Positions 43,402 through 53,440 of a stretch of DNA of 64,000 bases are shown in pieces; within the stretch, counting starts at the first letter, position 1, and each line of letters starts with the position of its first letter. The DNA comes from Candidatus Binatia bacterium (GTDB taxonomy: Bacteria > Desulfobacterota > Binatia > UBA9968 > CAXXLF01), in NCBI GenBank assembly GCA_963664015.2, contig CAXXLF010000001.1, positions 608,001 through 672,000 of the forward strand. The letters run 5' to 3'. Below the pieces are notes generated by a model. That model was not told the origin of the DNA. It did not search any database and was given only the letters and a program-made list of their open reading frames with translations. Position numbers and translations under genes: made by a program.

Positions 43402-44196
43402 CTATACGGCAGCCGCTTTGGCTTTCGCTGCCTGGAAGACTCCCTCGAAGAACATGGCATAGAAATCCACCGATACATCGACCACGTATTGGGGTGAAAA
43501 ACCGGGTCTCAAGTCCACCATGCCGGTTTGCAGCAGGCGCTGCAGGACAGCCCGGTTAAAGTCGCCATGGGCCAAAACCCCCTCGTGTTCCTCCAGATCG
43601 GCCTCTTCATGGGTCTTAAAATAGTTCGCTTGAGCTAGGGGTAAGCCATACTTTTTTGTCAGGGCTTCCTTCCATTTGCCCGCCCAGTGACCGATAGGCT
43701 CTTCTGTCGCAACCGAGGACCACCACTCAAGAATCGTACCTTCATGAAGCAGACCCCGTTTGAATTCCAGGACCCCACGGCAATCGGCCATCATCTCACA
43801 GGCGATCATGTCTTCCTCTGAAAGCCCAAAGACCTTGCCCTGTTCCAACACCAACAGAACGTGGCCTGGAGGCTTCGGGTGGATATACTCATCGGCGATC
43901 TTCGCGCTAAAGCTCGCGAGCAGATCCGGATGTCTTTTAAAAAACCCAATGTGCTTCTGATAGGTCGATGCGATAATATTATTGACCTCAAAAACGTAGA
44001 AGGCCCAGTTTTGCCAGAATAAGCGGACACCCTCCATGGGAAGTGATCCCGATGTGATCGCGTTCATGAAATCGCCCTGGTTAATCTTCCTTTCCCAGCG
44101 CTCGTGCATATTCTCATAGAGGACATCCACGTAGGCCTTGGCCTCTTCAGCGCTCATCTTGTTACCCAGCTCCAATGCAGGCAGGGGCTTCGGCAT
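43402..44196 (-). CDS. Heme-oxygenase-like (PqqC/CADD/TenA fold) protein
   Basis: DE...GH, TEE, YFKTHEEADLEEH ligand pattern in an all-helical protein. Confidence 0.65.
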   Translation of the reverse strand: MPKPLPALELGNKMSAEEAKAYVDVLYENMHERWERKINQGDFMNAITSGSLPMEGVRLFWQNWAFYVFEVNNIIASTYQKHIGFFKRHPDLLASFSAKIADEYIHPKPPGHVLLVLEQGKVFGLSEEDMIACEMMADCRGVLEFKRGLLHEGTILEWWSSVATEEPIGHWAGKWKEALTKKYGLPLAQANYFKTHEEADLEEHEGVLAHGDFNRAVLQRLLQTGMVDLRPGFSPQYVVDVSVDFYAMFFEGVFQAAKAKAAAV

Positions 44197-44352
44197 TATA
44201 ATTACCTCCTAGAGTTGGACTTTCGCCCTCCTTCAGGGCGCTAAGAAAGATTAAAACTGGAGGCGAGTATAGGGTCCAGAAGCGCAGGTTGTCAAGCTTA
44301 CCAGTCCATCCACTCATGGGACAGACAGAGAGCAGAAAATGATGATTTGTCT

Positions 44353-45642
44353 CTATGCGGATTCCAACACGCTACTTTCGTCCTTACCATCTGCGAGCAG
44401 ATGAGAAAAGCGCAACAATAGCAACAGCCCCGGGATTGCAATTAGAGTGCAGAGCACAAAAAAACCCTTCCACCCCATGGTCTCAGCAATGAAGCCTGTG
44501 GGTGCCGAGGCCAGTACTCTTGGCACGCCCATCAATCCGCTAAGCAATGCATACTGGGTGGCGGTGAATTTTTTGTTGGTTAGGCTCGCCATAAAGGCTA
44601 CATAAGCTGAAGTCCCCATACCTCCACTTAGATTTTCAAAGGCAATCACACCGGTCAGACCCACAAGGGAGTGACCCAGATGGGCTAACAGAACAAAGCC
44701 AGCCGTGGATAGGGCCTGTAGAAAGCCAAAGAGCCAAAGAGATCGATAGATGCCTAGGGACAACATCATGAGGCCCCCTAAAACACTACCGGCGATGGTT
44801 GCCCAGAATCCAAACAGTTTAACCACAGTACCGATCTCGGTTTTTGAGAACCCGATGTCGAGATAGAACGGTATAGTCATGGCGCTCGCCATGGTATCAC
44901 CGATTTTGTAGAGCAGGATGAAGGCAAGGATCACCCATGCCCCTTTGCGTGCAAAGTATTCAGCGAAGGGGGCAATCACCGCCTCCTTCATGGATTGAGG
45001 CGTGCCCTCCGTCACACGCGGTTCGTGGGCCAGCAACGTTGTGACGATTCCAACCAGCATTCCCGCGGCCATTATCTGATAAACCCATGTGAAAGATATA
45101 TAATCGGACAGAATCAGCCCACCACTGGAGGCCACTAACATGCCTACACGGTAACCATTGACATACAGAGATGAGCCGAGCCCCAGCTCCTCATCTGTGA
45201 GATCCTCCCGACGGTAGGCGTCCACAACAATATCCTGACTGGCGCTGAAAAAGGTCACGAGAAACGCCACAAAGGCCACCATCCATGGGCTTTCCGTGGG
45301 AGAGGTAAATCCCAAACCTGAGATGGAGAACATTAATGTAATTTGAACGACCACCATCCATCCGCGCCTACGACCCAGTAGGGGGCGCCCAAAGAGTGAC
45401 AAGGTATAGCGATCTAGAACTGGCGCCCAAAGAAACTTGAGGGTATAGGGGAGCCCCACCAGGGCCATCAACCCTATGACGCTCAGATCAATCCCCTCAT
45501 CTTTCATCCAGGCTTGTAAGACTGAGATAGTTAACAACAATGGCAGGCCACAGGAAAACCCCATGAGGAGTGCCACCACCATCCGGCTACTCATCAGGAT
45601 CCTAAGGACGGAGGTGAGCGAGTTGTGCTTTACGGGATTCAT
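44353..45642 (-). CDS. ampG: Muropeptide permease AmpG
   Basis: GFSCGLP, PYTLKFLWAP, GRRRGW, SASQDIVVDAYR, TATQYALLS. Confidence 0.92.
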   Translation of the reverse strand: MNPVKHNSLTSVLRILMSSRMVVALLMGFSCGLPLLLTISVLQAWMKDEGIDLSVIGLMALVGLPYTLKFLWAPVLDRYTLSLFGRPLLGRRRGWMVVVQITLMFSISGLGFTSPTESPWMVAFVAFLVTFFSASQDIVVDAYRREDLTDEELGLGSSLYVNGYRVGMLVASSGGLILSDYISFTWVYQIMAAGMLVGIVTTLLAHEPRVTEGTPQSMKEAVIAPFAEYFARKGAWVILAFILLYKIGDTMASAMTIPFYLDIGFSKTEIGTVVKLFGFWATIAGSVLGGLMMLSLGIYRSLWLFGFLQALSTAGFVLLAHLGHSLVGLTGVIAFENLSGGMGTSAYVAFMASLTNKKFTATQYALLSGLMGVPRVLASAPTGFIAETMGWKGFFVLCTLIAIPGLLLLLRFSHLLADGKDESSVLESA

Positions 45643-45744
45643 GACTGCTATAGGACCGAAAGATTTTGCCAGAGAAGTGGAGGATGGATGGGATTTACCA
45701 CAATGGTATTAGCAGGCTTTTCTGCGGGATCCGCCGTTCGATCT

Positions 45745-46167
45745 TTACCCGAGGACTCTCTTTCTTGCCAGGTTTGGATCGCAATCAGACCCAGCGTCTT
45801 GGGTTATCAATGGGCGGAGGTATTCGGTATGGGAAAGCCATGCGCTACGAACTTCCTCCGAGACCTCATACTCCTCCAGGGTTTCCTTCAGGATCTGCAG
45901 CCTGCGCATAAACTGCCCACCCATGATGGGGTGCTTGGCATGGGCCTCTTGCAGCGACTTTCCCTTGTATTCCATATCCGCCCCAAGAAACTGCGCGGTG
46001 AGCTGAAACTCCATTTCCTTGATTCGGTCCTTGTCCGCTCCACGAAAGAAAAACCCTATCATCCGGTCGGCAAAGACCCGGTCAATAAATATATCGATAA
46101 TTTCCCTCAACTTGGCCTCTCCGCCAATTTTGTTATAGAGCGTTGTGGTCATATGCATTTTTTTCAA
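45745..46167 (-). CDS. Group I-like truncated hemoglobin
   Basis: TLYNKIGGE, RVFAD..IGFFF, LG...YKGKSL.EAH. Confidence 0.8.
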   Translation of the reverse strand: MKKMHMTTTLYNKIGGEAKLREIIDIFIDRVFADRMIGFFFRGADKDRIKEMEFQLTAQFLGADMEYKGKSLQEAHAKHPIMGGQFMRRLQILKETLEEYEVSEEVRSAWLSHTEYLRPLITQDAGSDCDPNLARKRVLG

Positions 46168-46548
46168 ATTAAAAACTTTCCTATTTCTCCGAACTTGGCG
46201 TGCTTTGCGTCTTGGCGCGAGTCATCTTTCCCCGATTAGATAATCATAGTTTCAAGTGGACAAATGCCCATTCTTAGCTGGATTGTATACCAATTACATT
46301 GGAGCGTCACTCCATTTTTTACTGGGTTGTTGCCATCTCGGCCGAACATAAAGGGTTTAAATTGCAGCTTTCCCCCGTTTGGAGTAAAATAATCTTAATT
46401 CTTTGGGAGCGTTAGCTCGACTTGGGCACCTTCGGCGGTAGGCGCGTAAGGCATCGAAAAGCAAAGTAAATATGAAGATTTGAGCCCTTCGGATGGGATG
46501 TAATAGCTCAAGCCATCCGGCAAGGATCCAACCTCCGTAGAGGAGATC

Positions 46549-46914
46549 ATGACGGCCAAGGTCCTCACCCTTTTGCCCAGCAATTCCCTCAACGACGCCA
46601 TCGCCATGATGGCAAACAACACCTTCCGACATTTCATTGTTGTGGAGCTCGACGGCCAACTTGCTGGAGTCGTTTCAGACCGTGATCTTTTACGCGCCAT
46701 GAATCACAGGCGGGACTGCGCGGACTTGAAGATCAGCGAGTTCATGACCCATGAGATAGTCACCGTCCGCAAAGAAACCGCACTTTCCGAGGCTGTGGAG
46801 CAAATCATTACGCGTCGTATCAACTGCTTACCTGTAGTCGACGACAAGAACCGGGTGTGTGGCATTGTAACCTCGACGGACCTCCTCCAGGTTCTTCAAA
46901 AACACCTCGCGTAG
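46549..46914 (+). CDS. CBS-domain pair protein
   Basis: FRHFIVV...GVVSDRDLL; INCLPVVD...GIVTSTDLL. Confidence 0.85.
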   Translation: MTAKVLTLLPSNSLNDAIAMMANNTFRHFIVVELDGQLAGVVSDRDLLRAMNHRRDCADLKISEFMTHEIVTVRKETALSEAVEQIITRRINCLPVVDDKNRVCGIVTSTDLLQVLQKHLA

Positions 46915-47025
46915 TCCTTCGCTATTTTTCTTCCAGCTTATCCGCTCTCATAGAAAACTTTAGGCTTAAGCGCCTCGAGGAAGGCTCTGAATAGACGCCC
47001 AGTCCGTTGAGGGTCTAAAAGTTTT

Positions 47026-47115
47026 TGGCGGAGGGGGCGAGATTCGAACTCGCGGACCACGCAAATGGTCGCCGGTTTTCAAGACCGGTGGTTTAAACCA
47101 CTCACCCACCCCTCC
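47026..47115 (-). tRNA. tRNA-Ser (anticodon UGA)
   Basis: GGAGGGG/CCCCTCC acceptor, CCGGT-CT-TGA-AA-ACCGG anticodon arm, long variable arm, GTTCGAATC, encoded CCA. Confidence 0.95.
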
Positions 47116-47576
47116 GTGCAATAGAAACAGCTACTAGAAGCAATACCTGCCTGTACCTTATTTTCATTTTTAAACGTATTTAAAATTCTCTGGAACGCAG
47201 CCAGTATATCACCGTCCTGCAAGTTGGTGTACCTACCGTGCATTCCGGGTACCTTATGGCCGCTCGCTACCAGGGCCACCTCCCACGGTAGGCCCGCTAC
47301 CGCCCAACGGGTAATGGCGGTGTGCCGGAAGTCGTGCCAGCGGAAGTCCTCAACCTCCGCAACAGCCAAGGCGTTCTCAAAAGCGTACCTTAAGGCGTTG
47401 CTGCTAAGGGGCAACCCCTCTTTGGTAAACACCCGGTTGACTAAATTGGGAATCCTTCGCTGCTCCGCCCTTAGCTCGTCTAATACTGCCGCCAGAGGGG
47501 GCGCTACGGCTACCGTTTGCTTGGCGCTGGTCTTACTACGACCACCATTTACCTTATGGTAATAAAGCCGCTGCAA
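47079..47576 (-). pseudogene. Tyrosine integrase, C-terminal half only
   Basis: FRWHDFRHT...SGH...RY catalytic motifs; first Arg and N-terminal domains absent. Confidence 0.85.
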
Positions 47577-47798
47577 TTAGTTTTTTGCGAAGCCTCTAAT
47601 TATAAGTCAACCTAGAGCCAGAAAGAGATTTTATGCAACGCAAAAAGGCCGCACAACAGTCTTTATCGCAGAAACCCAAATTGGCGCAAATGTGAATAGG
47701 GATATCGACCAAACCAGTAATAGCCGGTGAATCTAGGAGCTGGTGGTGTGCTCCTAAATCCGCTTCAATAAATGATGTTATAGTGCTGCATACCTTAC

Positions 47799-48923
47799 TT
47801 AATATCCGCCGAGCTCTTTCAGTAGCTTGCGGTGGTACTGTTGTGCCGCGAGACGCTCAGTAGTCTTCTTCCAGTCGTACCAGTTATTGCCCTTGGGGTC
47901 GATCCGGTCGTCTGGGCTCACGTCGTCCTTGGGGATGTCTGTTCTGAGGGAGTTGTCGCCGGTGATCCTCTGGTATAGTATCTGGCCTTCCCGGCTCAGG
48001 AACCAGTTACCGAAGTACCTTGCCGCATTGGGGTGAGGGGCCTTTGTCAAAGCCTGAAAACCCCGGCCTCCCATACCCACCTGCACACCCTCTGGGAAGG
48101 TCTTTTCCAGGGCCCTCACGGGTAGGCCGTCTCGCCTGGCAGCTCTCACCGCCCTTTGGAATCCGTAAATGCCAACGAGGAACCGCCCTTGAGCCAGCCA
48201 CTCTGCACCTGTGCGAGCGTCCGGCGCAATGACAATCTTTTGCGTGCTCCACATCTTCCGGACCCACTCCTTACCCACCATTTCGACAAGAAAACCCGCC
48301 GGACCGGTCGTGCCTGATATTCGGGGGTCTCTCGCCAGGATCTTGCCCTTCCACTTGGGATTCAGCAGGTCCTGAAAGGATTTGAAATCGTCGGGGTTCA
48401 CCCGCTTGGTGTTGTACCAGACCTGAGGGTCCGGGTCCGCCCCGTAGGCCCACTGCCGCTCTTGCTCGGGGTCGGCATACGGGAAACCATTTCCAAACCA
48501 AACACCGGGGTCCCCTACCACCTCCGGGTGGAACAGGTAATCCGGCTGCAGCTTCTCGACGGCACCGTGGGGAATGAGCAGCGTGTAGACCGACGAGGGA
48601 CCGCTCAGCCACAGGTCTGTTGTGTACCTGCCCGCTCCGCGTTCCACGAGGAGCTTCGGGATCAGTTTTCGAGAGCTACCTGTGATGATCTCCAGCTTTA
48701 TTCCAAGGATTTTCTCAAACTCTGCTCGGTGCAGGCGAAAGGCCCGCGCCTCGGACGGGCCGATCTTAAACACCACCCGGCCTTCCTTCTGCGCCGCAGC
48801 CTTCAGAGCCGCCCACTTTTCCGTGAAATTGGTCGCCTGCGCTGCTGCAGGCTGGGGAGTAGCATAAGCCACCATGAGCAACGCCGCCGTCAATACTCCA
48901 GCTAAGACAAATCTTTTGAACAT
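47799..48923 (-). CDS. Orphan ABC transporter solute-binding protein
   Basis: Signal peptide, AAQKEGRV, DLLNPKWKGKI, APHPNAA..F.NWFLSREGQ. Confidence 0.85.
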   Translation of the reverse strand: MFKRFVLAGVLTAALLMVAYATPQPAAAQATNFTEKWAALKAAAQKEGRVVFKIGPSEARAFRLHRAEFEKILGIKLEIITGSSRKLIPKLLVERGAGRYTTDLWLSGPSSVYTLLIPHGAVEKLQPDYLFHPEVVGDPGVWFGNGFPYADPEQERQWAYGADPDPQVWYNTKRVNPDDFKSFQDLLNPKWKGKILARDPRISGTTGPAGFLVEMVGKEWVRKMWSTQKIVIAPDARTGAEWLAQGRFLVGIYGFQRAVRAARRDGLPVRALEKTFPEGVQVGMGGRGFQALTKAPHPNAARYFGNWFLSREGQILYQRITGDNSLRTDIPKDDVSPDDRIDPKGNNWYDWKKTTERLAAQQYHRKLLKELGGY

Positions 48924-49081
48924 CAGTACAACCTCCTGATCGTTTTTGGTTTACCCATTCGCATCTGCTCGGTCCCTGGGAGTTAGTCCACACCAGTTAC
49001 TCTACGTCTTGCCTGGTCGAGTCTTCCTGAAATCGGGGAGGACTCTAGTACACCTTGTTGGTCGGTGTCAACCCTCATCCG

Positions 49082-49103
49082 GTTAAGACGGTTTGGTCTT
49101 AAC
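49082..49103. promoter_or_regulatory. Palindromic operator-like site upstream of the solute-binding gene promoter
   Basis: GTTAAGAC-N6-GTCTTAAC just upstream of a minus-strand TTGACA. Confidence 0.4.
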
Positions 49104-49772
49104 AACGCTTTTTGGATCGGGGTCAGTGAGTAGTGAGTAGGGTCACCAGGAGGGTCAGGTCTATGGATTGTTGTTTTTCCGAACGACAAGCTTACCACAA
49201 TCAAACATTGAAATCGGGATGGGCCTCAGCACGACCCTTTTTCCTTTTTCTAAGGTCCGACCAGAGGCCAACTCGTGACCGGTTTGCATGCATGGGCTGG
49301 ACATCTAACCCCAACTGAGTTAATAATCGCCGCATCTGGTGTTGCGGATTCCGTTCCGCGCGCCCCGTAGGGACACCCCATGCACCTCGGGGCCGGACAC
49401 TCAACCTAAAATAGTTAGGGAGGCCTTAATTGTCATTTGCCCAGAAATAGGCTGCGGGTTGATATAGGGAGATAGGCCACCGAACCCGGCAGTGTTTGTC
49501 GGCCAGAAAGATCTTGACAAGTTAAGGTAATGGATGGACATTGCGACCGATTCATGTTTGATAAGTAGAGCCGTTCTCGGAGATAAACCGACCGGCATTT
49601 GTCGCCGCCTAAAGCGGCTCACTTAATAGTTAGATTAAACTTCCCATGTTATCGGGAGTATCGTTAGGGTTGCTTTTGATAATTTCCACATTATGAATTG
49701 TTTCTATTCAATCTTAAACATACGTCTCCAATTTAGTGGGACGTTCCAATTATTTCTAGAGAGGTAAATACC

Positions 49773-50285
49773 ATGCTTTATGAACTGACGGTTATACAGT
49801 TTAGTAAAATGCTTAAAAACTTAAGTGCCATACTTGAAAAAGGAGAAATCTTCGCGGAAACAAAAAAGATTGATGTCAACATTCTGCTTAATTCACGTTT
49901 AGCAGTAGATCAATTTAATTTGACCCGCCAAATACAAATTGCGTGTGACACCGCCAAGTTGGGCGTTGCACGTTTGGCAGGCAAAGAAGATACAGCCCCA
50001 AAACACGAAAATGGTGAAGCTACTATTCCTGAGCTACAAGAGCGTATCCACTCTGTATTGGATTATTTGTCTGGCTTTACCCGCGAAGACTTTGCGATAG
50101 CTGAGATACAAAAAATCACTCAACCACGTTGGGAAGGAAAGTATCTGACTGGCCTAGAGTTTGCCATTGAGGATGCTATTCCCAATATATGCTTCCACGT
50201 TACTACCGCTTACTCAATTTTGCGTCACAACGGCGTAGAAATTGGTAAAAAAGATTACTTAGGTACCATGCCTTACAAGTCTTAA
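49773..50285 (+). CDS. DUF1993 family protein (integron cassette gene)
   Basis: LLNSRLA.DQF.L.RQIQIACD...PN..FHVTTAYSILRHNGVEIGKKDYLG. Confidence 0.85.
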   Translation: MLYELTVIQFSKMLKNLSAILEKGEIFAETKKIDVNILLNSRLAVDQFNLTRQIQIACDTAKLGVARLAGKEDTAPKHENGEATIPELQERIHSVLDYLSGFTREDFAIAEIQKITQPRWEGKYLTGLEFAIEDAIPNICFHVTTAYSILRHNGVEIGKKDYLGTMPYKS

Positions 50286-50300
50286 TTTTACTGATTTTTA

Positions 50301-50348
50301 ATCTAACAAAGCATTGCACCGGACAAGCCGGTGAACGCGGCATTACAA
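50301..50348 (+). repeat. attC-like site (short, R' degenerate)
   Basis: ATCTAAC-AAAGC-ATTGCACCGG-ACAAG-CCGGTGAAC-GCGGC-ATTA; complementary GTTAGAT at 49629-49635. Confidence 0.7.
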
Positions 50349-50363
50349 TCCCCACCAATTAAC

Positions 50364-50473
50364 ACCCCAGAACGCAATTAAACGACGCTTTAATTGAGTC
50401 TTATCAGGTCCCTTGACACAGCCCACCACCAGCGATAAAGGTCCTGGTATGGCAAGCAATAAACCCAAACCCC
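50364..50473 (+). repeat. Inverted repeat copy with palindrome A (50372-50399), TTGACA promoter and gene start
   Basis: Reverse complement of 54290-54399. Confidence 0.85.
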
Positions 50474-50683
50474 GAGGATAATCCTTCAGCCTGGATCACT
50501 AGAGATACGTGGATTTGATACGTCGGCACTGTCCAGCGAGGACTGTTTGCAAAGGATCAAATGGCTTGCCGACAAGATAGCCGAGTCTCAGCGTTTTGGA
50601 AGGCCAGCCGCGAGAAAGCCTGCCCTAATGGTTGCCCTTCTCTGCTGGTACGCATTTTCAGCTTCCATACAGGGGAGTAAGTT

Positions 50684-51124
50684 ATGGTAAATCGTATAGT
50701 TTATGGAGCCTTAGCGGGTTTTATTATATGCGCGATATCATCGTGCACAACTTACACCAAGAACGGGTATTTTGGTGGTTTCGATGAAACCCGCCTTGGA
50801 AAAGATATCTGGAGAGTAGATGCTCGGGGGAATAAGTATGCAAGTAGTGCCTTGATCGCGAATATGGTCATGTTGCGAAGTGCGGATCTTGCGACTCAAA
50901 ATGGGTTTAGTTATTTTGCATTCGCATCTGGGTCAACGGCTTCTAAGACGAGCCTTCATCATTTCGGGAAGCGTTTAACTTTCTATTCAAAACCGGAAGC
51001 AGAAAATACTGTTATTATGTTCAAGCGAAAACCCGCCGATTTTAAAGGCCTGATATACGAAGCGTCTTTTATTTGCGAAAGTCTCGGAACAAAATTGGGA
51101 GCTACGTGCGGCGAAATAAAATAG
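50684..51124 (+). CDS. Lipoprotein (CC0125/CC1285-like)
   Basis: Lipobox ISSC; GGFDETRLG...RGN...LRSADLA..NGFSYF. Confidence 0.65.
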   Translation: MVNRIVYGALAGFIICAISSCTTYTKNGYFGGFDETRLGKDIWRVDARGNKYASSALIANMVMLRSADLATQNGFSYFAFASGSTASKTSLHHFGKRLTFYSKPEAENTVIMFKRKPADFKGLIYEASFICESLGTKLGATCGEIK

Positions 51125-51244
51125 AAATAAATATCTCTGGCGCTATTCCACCTCACCCTGTGTATTCATTACGGACGCACTTACGGGCAAGGTCTTGTGC
51201 TTTTTCAAGTTGGGATGGGGTCATTCTCTTCGCAACCAAATCTC

Positions 51245-51640
51245 TCAACTCCCCCCCCCTTCATTTCCATTAGACGCAGCGATATTCCCCCACATATGGG
51301 CATAGACATAGTCCTGTAGAACACCTAGTCCCTTGCGGTACATCAGACCCAGATTGGACTGGGCCTTCGCATACCCCTGTTCGGCAGCAAGTTTATACCA
51401 CTTCACCGCAGTCTTATAGTCCTGGAGAACGCCTAGTCCCTTGTCGTACATCAAACCCAGATTGGACTGGGCAGAGGCATACCCCTGTTCGGCAAGGGGT
51501 TTCCATTCACGCAGAGCAGTTGCGTAGTCACCTTTGGCGAGAGCAGAAAGTCCCTTTTGGTAATCAGCACTCCAACTTACCCCTGTACTTCCAAGAAGCA
51601 CGACAATGGTCAGGCAGATGGTGGCGGTCAGGCGTTTCAT
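51245..51640 (-). CDS. Sel1-repeat secreted protein, C-terminally truncated
   Basis: Repeats LAEQG..AQSNLGLMY.KGLGVLQDY. Confidence 0.85.
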   Translation of the reverse strand: MKRLTATICLTIVVLLGSTGVSWSADYQKGLSALAKGDYATALREWKPLAEQGYASAQSNLGLMYDKGLGVLQDYKTAVKWYKLAAEQGYAKAQSNLGLMYRKGLGVLQDYVYAHMWGNIAASNGNEGGGS

Positions 51641-51911
51641 AGGAAACAGACTTACATAAAATGGGGGATTTGGGTAGTCAGGATGGAATTCTACTCAACA
51701 TCCTTATATATTTCTTGCGGACGCACTCACGGGCAAGTTTTATCGCTTTCCAGCAGGATGTCAAGTTGGTACCTTCTCTTGGGATTAGTGGTAACCTGTT
51801 GTTGAACCCATACACCCCTGCCTCATCAGTAGGGGGGTTCATTTATCCAGTATCGTTTAATTGGCGCATATGGTATATCGATTTCACCAATGAGACGAAT
51901 AAGGAGATAAT

Positions 51912-52301
51912 ATGAGAAATCTCACACTGGCAACACTTGCTGTTCTTGTACTCACAACTGGATGCAGTAGTATGGGACCAAATCAACAGGTGGGTTATGC
52001 AACTGGTGCTGTTGTAGGTGGACTACTAGGAAACACTATAGGTAAGGGTGATGGACGAACTGCATCTACAGCAATCGGGGCAGTCCTTGGTACGGTGGTG
52101 GGTGGTGAAGTTGGGAAATCTATGGACACCCAACGTTCCACTCATAGCACAACTGCCTCCGTTCACTCACCGTATGATGTCTGTTCTCGTTATTCTAACG
52201 AAGGTGCCAAATCCTCTTGCAAGAAAGGTGTTTCAGACAAGTTGAGAGAGGAGCAACAGAGAATGGAGAGAAATGCATATGACAGAGGTTATGGACGATA
52301 G
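51912..52301 (+). CDS. Glycine-zipper 2TM lipoprotein
   Basis: LTTGC lipobox; GAVVGGLLG..IG.G.GR...TAIGAVLG..VG; AAGGAG RBS. Confidence 0.8.
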   Translation: MRNLTLATLAVLVLTTGCSSMGPNQQVGYATGAVVGGLLGNTIGKGDGRTASTAIGAVLGTVVGGEVGKSMDTQRSTHSTTASVHSPYDVCSRYSNEGAKSSCKKGVSDKLREEQQRMERNAYDRGYGR

Positions 52302-52307
52302 AAGACC

Positions 52308-52466
52308 GTGGAAGGACTATTAGTCTTACTCTTCATTGGATGGTTGGTGTGGGAACTCCTGTCATCTCCCATCACATCTCTTGCCCCCATCGGGAAGGGA
52401 CTAGGATTATTGATTTTAGGAATGGGTGCAGTGGTGGGTATGGTGGTACTGGTGTTGACCACATAA
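52308..52466 (+). CDS. Small two-TM membrane protein (52 aa)
   Basis: GTG start 6 nt after preceding stop; two hydrophobic helices. Confidence 0.5.
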   Translation: MEGLLVLLFIGWLVWELLSSPITSLAPIGKGLGLLILGMGAVVGMVVLVLTT

Positions 52467-52974
52467 GCACCCCCCCATAAATCTCAACATCCTTTGTTCA
52501 TTTAACCAGTAGATGTACCTTAATCGTCTAGTTGGTCAACACCAGCTCCTACAGCACATTTCCGTATAGGAGGCACCCTGCCGATCAAATCTACCCCTGG
52601 TTCATCATTACCCTGAACACTCTGGCAGTCTCAGCCAACATGGCCTTGGGAAGGTGCTCCTCGTAGAGGCATCTTCTCATGGCAAAATCTGGCGAACAGG
52701 TTTCCGAACAGAAGTGACCCTGAATGAGACCTGGGCGGGTTGGATGGTTACGGGGTAGGCTAGTTGTCCTATGAACTCAGACGCCAGCATCCTAGCCTCA
52801 GTGCCTTAGGTTAAAGGGGTTGTTGCCTGCCTGGATCGTCCCTCACGAGCTGAGACCTCAGCCCTTGAGGCCCTCAGCAGGAATCTCATCACCTTCGATG
52901 GTATACCGAATACGTGGTCATGTGGAGGCCGAAACGCCTCTTCTGGTCTCACCACGACGGTGCAGAAAGGCGAA

Positions 52975-53042
52975 GACTCGATGTTCACCGCCAGATGCCA
53001 GCCGAGTAGTGGTGAGCAGTGGGATGGAGCATCCTGTTGGGT
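52975..53042 (-). repeat. Degenerate attC-like site
   Basis: ACCCAAC-AGGAT-GCTCCATCC...GGTGAAC-ATCGA-GTC right after a stop codon. Confidence 0.4.
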
Positions 53043-53044
53043 GG

Positions 53045-53440
53045 CTAATCAAGATACTTAATGACTGCGAATGTGGTAAAATTAGTACGGGCTGCCATAG
53101 AAATGGAGCCACTGGTGAGGAACCCATCTATCTGTGACTGATTGCTAAGTAGGATGACAGCATCACCACCCACTTCACGAGCCTTTTTCACAATATCGCT
53201 TCGGAACTGTGACATTGCAATCCATCCGGAGCGGCGCGCATCATCAATGATGCCGAGAATCTTGTAGCTCCGAGGAGGCTCGCCGTTAGCCCAAAACTCC
53301 ATTCCGTCAACCACCTCCTTGGTACCGCCCGTACCCTCGTAAAGGTTTTTTTAGCCTCCCAACGCCTGTACTCCGTTGTGGCACAGCCTCCAACGAGTGA
53401 CAGCACGAGGACTGAAAGGAACACGAGTATTGTTTTCATT
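53045..53440 (-). pseudogene. Lipoprotein (heavy-metal-binding/YbjQ-like fold), frameshift in A-run near 53350
   Basis: LVGGC lipobox; PPRSYKILGII...KKAREVGGDAVI in a second frame. Confidence 0.6.

Noticed and set aside
48930-49070. Structured leader of the solute-binding gene as a riboswitch
   Set aside because: Hairpins are present but no known aptamer motif, and one overlaps the likely promoter.
49140-49404. Possible REP-associated transposase C-terminal remnant with GGGTCAGGTCT motif
   Set aside because: Too degraded; no HUH or catalytic Tyr motif visible.
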